The notes under the pieces are model-generated. The model had not been told where the DNA came from, did no database searches, and worked only from the letters and a program-made list of their open reading frames with translations. 64,000 nt of DNA from an uncultured bacterium (GTDB taxonomy: Bacteria > Zixibacteria > MSB-5A5 > JAABVY01 > JAHJOQ01): the NCBI GenBank assembly GCA_965369655.1, contig CBDUQR010000004.1, forward strand, positions 1 to 64,000. Reading direction: 5' to 3'. Below are positions 61,873 to 64,000 of the stretch, piece by piece; within the stretch, counting starts at the first letter, position 1, and the number at the start of each line of letters is the position of its first letter. The position numbers and the translations under genes are program-made.

Positions 61873-64000
61873 ATGGCTCTGAAGAATACTGTCCTGACCC
61901 TGTTCAAGGAATCGCGCGTCTATCGCGCGGTTCTGGAGAAATTGACATCGGATGACAGTGTCTGCGTGTCGCAGCTCAATGGATCGGCAAGGTCATTCCT
62001 GCTGTCGGGCATCTTCGAAGATTCTGATTCGAGGTGGATCGTTGTCACGCCCGGAGAGCATGAAGCCGAGAATATAGCCAGCGACATAAACGAAATCCTC
62101 GGCGCCACAGTCGCATATCACTTCCCGGATCTCGGAGTCCATCCGTATCAATGGAAATCTCCGCAGCCCGAGACGGTAGGTGCGCGCCTCGAAGCCCTGC
62201 TGCAGCTCCGACGCTCTGAACAAGTTATCGTAACAGCTTCCATCAAGGCGTTGATGGAGCCGACGATCTCGCCCGTTGATCTCGATAGATCATCACTCTG
62301 TCTCGATGCCGGTCATGAAATGGCGATGGAGGATGTCATCGCGAAGCTGGTCGAACTCGGCTATGAGCGGATGCCGCTTGTGGAGGAAGTCGGCAATTAC
62401 TCCGTCAGAGGCGGGATCCTCGACATCTTTCCGAACACGAGCGAGAACCCTGTGCGCGTGGAATACTTCGGCGATCTAATCGAATCTATCAGGCTCTTTT
62501 CGGTAACCAGTCAGAGATCTATCGGCATGATCGATTCGGTCAAACTCCTTCCCCAGCGCGAGATGCCCCTCGACGGCGAAAAGCTCGAAACAATGCTCTC
62601 CTCGATCAAGAATGAAGAGGCTGCCGACATATTGCGCGAAAAATTCAAGTTTGGGATCGACTATCCGGGTCTCGAATGGGCGGGCAGCCTGTTGATTGGC
62701 AGCAGACATCACCTCTTTGATTTCGTCGATTCATCCGACAGGCTGTATGTCGTCGAACCGGACATGGTGGCAACCGAGGCGGATAAGCTGTGGGATGAGT
62801 TTGAACTCAAGTACTACGATGCGGACCCATCAGGACAATTATTCCCATCTCCCGACCGGATATTCCGAAACCCGGATGACGCAGCAGAGGATATCGAATC
62901 CAGACGATCGATCAAAGAAACAGCATTCAGCTCAGGCAGAGATGGCTCGATCGCATTCGGAACCGGCGACCATCCGGTCATCAATGCCCGGATGAAAATA
63001 CTACAACAAGAGATCGGGGAATTCTTGTCGGCCGGACGCCGGGTTTTCATCGCCTGCGACAACAAGGTCCAGTTAGAGCGCATGGAAGAAATGCTCGCCG
63101 AACATGCCGATAAGTGTACGCTGATCATAGCAGACATCAGCAAAGGCTTCACATATTCTTCAGAGAATCTCGTACTCCTGTGCGATCATGAGATTTTCGC
63201 GAGAAGATTCCACAGGCGTAGAATCAGGCGCAGCAGAGAAGGAGTGGCGCTCTCATCCTACACGAATCTGAACGTGGGGGACTACGTCGTGCATGTCGAT
63301 TACGGAATCGGCAGATATCGGGGTCTCAAGGAAATCACCGTCGACAAACGAAGGCGTGACTGCCTGCTGATCATGTATCAGGGAAATGATCGACTCTATG
63401 TCCCGATCGAGGAATTCGGACGTGTCCAGAAATATGTCGGGAAAGAAGGCAAACCACAGATCACCAGACTCGGCGGAACAACCTGGGAGAAGGTCAAGGC
63501 GCGGACAAAGAAGGCTATCGCGGATATGGCGGAGGAGTTGATAAAGCTCTACGCCGAGAGAAAATCCAAACCCGGATTCGCTTTCTGTCCCGATGACAAC
63601 TGGATGCATCAACTCGAAGCCTCGTTCCCGTACGACGAAACACCGGATCAACTTTCTGCAATCGACGATATCAAGAGTGACATGGAAGCGGCCAGCTCGA
63701 TGGACCGCCTCATCTGCGGGGACGTCGGATTCGGCAAGACCGAGGTCGCGATCAGGGCGGCATTCAAATGTGTGAACGACGGCAAACAGGCGGCGGTGCT
63801 TGTCCCGACAACGATTCTCGCGCAGCAGCATCTCACGACATTCACCGAGCGATTGAAAGACTTTCCGATCAAGACGGAGATGCTTTCGCGGTTCAGGTCA
63901 CGAAAGGAACAGAAGCAGATCATAGAGGATCTTGCGGAAGGTAAGATCGATATTATCGTGGGAACTCATCGCCTGCTGTCGAAGGACGTCAAATTCAGGG
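61873..64000 (+). CDS. mfd: Transcription-repair coupling factor (3' end outside the window)
   Basis: Open to the window end: RGGILDIFP, GDYVVHVDYGIGRY, FPYDETPDQ, MDRLICGDVGFGKTEVA, VLVPTTILAQQH, IVGTHRLL. Confidence 0.95.
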   Translation, partial: MALKNTVLTLFKESRVYRAVLEKLTSDDSVCVSQLNGSARSFLLSGIFEDSDSRWIVVTPGEHEAENIASDINEILGATVAYHFPDLGVHPYQWKSPQPETVGARLEALLQLRRSEQVIVTASIKALMEPTISPVDLDRSSLCLDAGHEMAMEDVIAKLVELGYERMPLVEEVGNYSVRGGILDIFPNTSENPVRVEYFGDLIESIRLFSVTSQRSIGMIDSVKLLPQREMPLDGEKLETMLSSIKNEEAADILREKFKFGIDYPGLEWAGSLLIGSRHHLFDFVDSSDRLYVVEPDMVATEADKLWDEFELKYYDADPSGQLFPSPDRIFRNPDDAAEDIESRRSIKETAFSSGRDGSIAFGTGDHPVINARMKILQQEIGEFLSAGRRVFIACDNKVQLERMEEMLAEHADKCTLIIADISKGFTYSSENLVLLCDHEIFARRFHRRRIRRSREGVALSSYTNLNVGDYVVHVDYGIGRYRGLKEITVDKRRRDCLLIMYQGNDRLYVPIEEFGRVQKYVGKEGKPQITRLGGTTWEKVKARTKKAIADMAEELIKLYAERKSKPGFAFCPDDNWMHQLEASFPYDETPDQLSAIDDIKSDMEAASSMDRLICGDVGFGKTEVAIRAAFKCVNDGKQAAVLVPTTILAQQHLTTFTERLKDFPIKTEMLSRFRSRKEQKQIIEDLAEGKIDIIVGTHRLLSKDVKFR

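Noticed and set aside
1-64000. tRNA, rRNA, riboswitch, prophage or IS element
   Set aside because: No convincing cloverleaf, rRNA, riboswitch consensus, transposase or phage gene seen by eye; covariance-model searches were not run

Overview
A mostly housekeeping and cell-surface window from a diderm bacterium. The many C-terminal dockerin-like tails, the T9SS-CTD-like tail and the Ser/Thr kinase-TolB-TPR protein suggest the FCB group, possibly candidate phylum Zixibacteria (inference only). Core genes are mtaB-miaB, ompA, maeB, hit, leuD, yigZ, dprA, a DRG-type GTPase, purL, an S9 peptidase, several transporters and the 5' part of mfd, which runs off the window and is missing from the ORF track. 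Main points of interest: (1) seven dockerin-tailed secreted proteins, comprising C1 and C25 peptidases plus five small cohesin-like + dockerin proteins, four of them in a mosaic tandem array, suggesting a cellulosome-like proteolytic assembly; (2) a double-HTH fused to a catalytically degenerate LeuC/aconitase next to leuD; (3) a probable spt-bcerS/cerR ceramide biosynthesis cluster; (4) scattered defence genes: a DSR1-like sirtuin, an orphan N4/N6 MTase with a restriction-gene stub inside 146-bp direct repeats, and an Rx4H protein; (5) a rich set of intergenic hairpin repeats, including an invertible double-hairpin element with flanking direct repeats and a ~20-bp module that sits inside other hairpins. 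I saw no rRNA, tRNA, CRISPR array, transposase or integrase. All calls come from reading motifs by eye; no searches were run.
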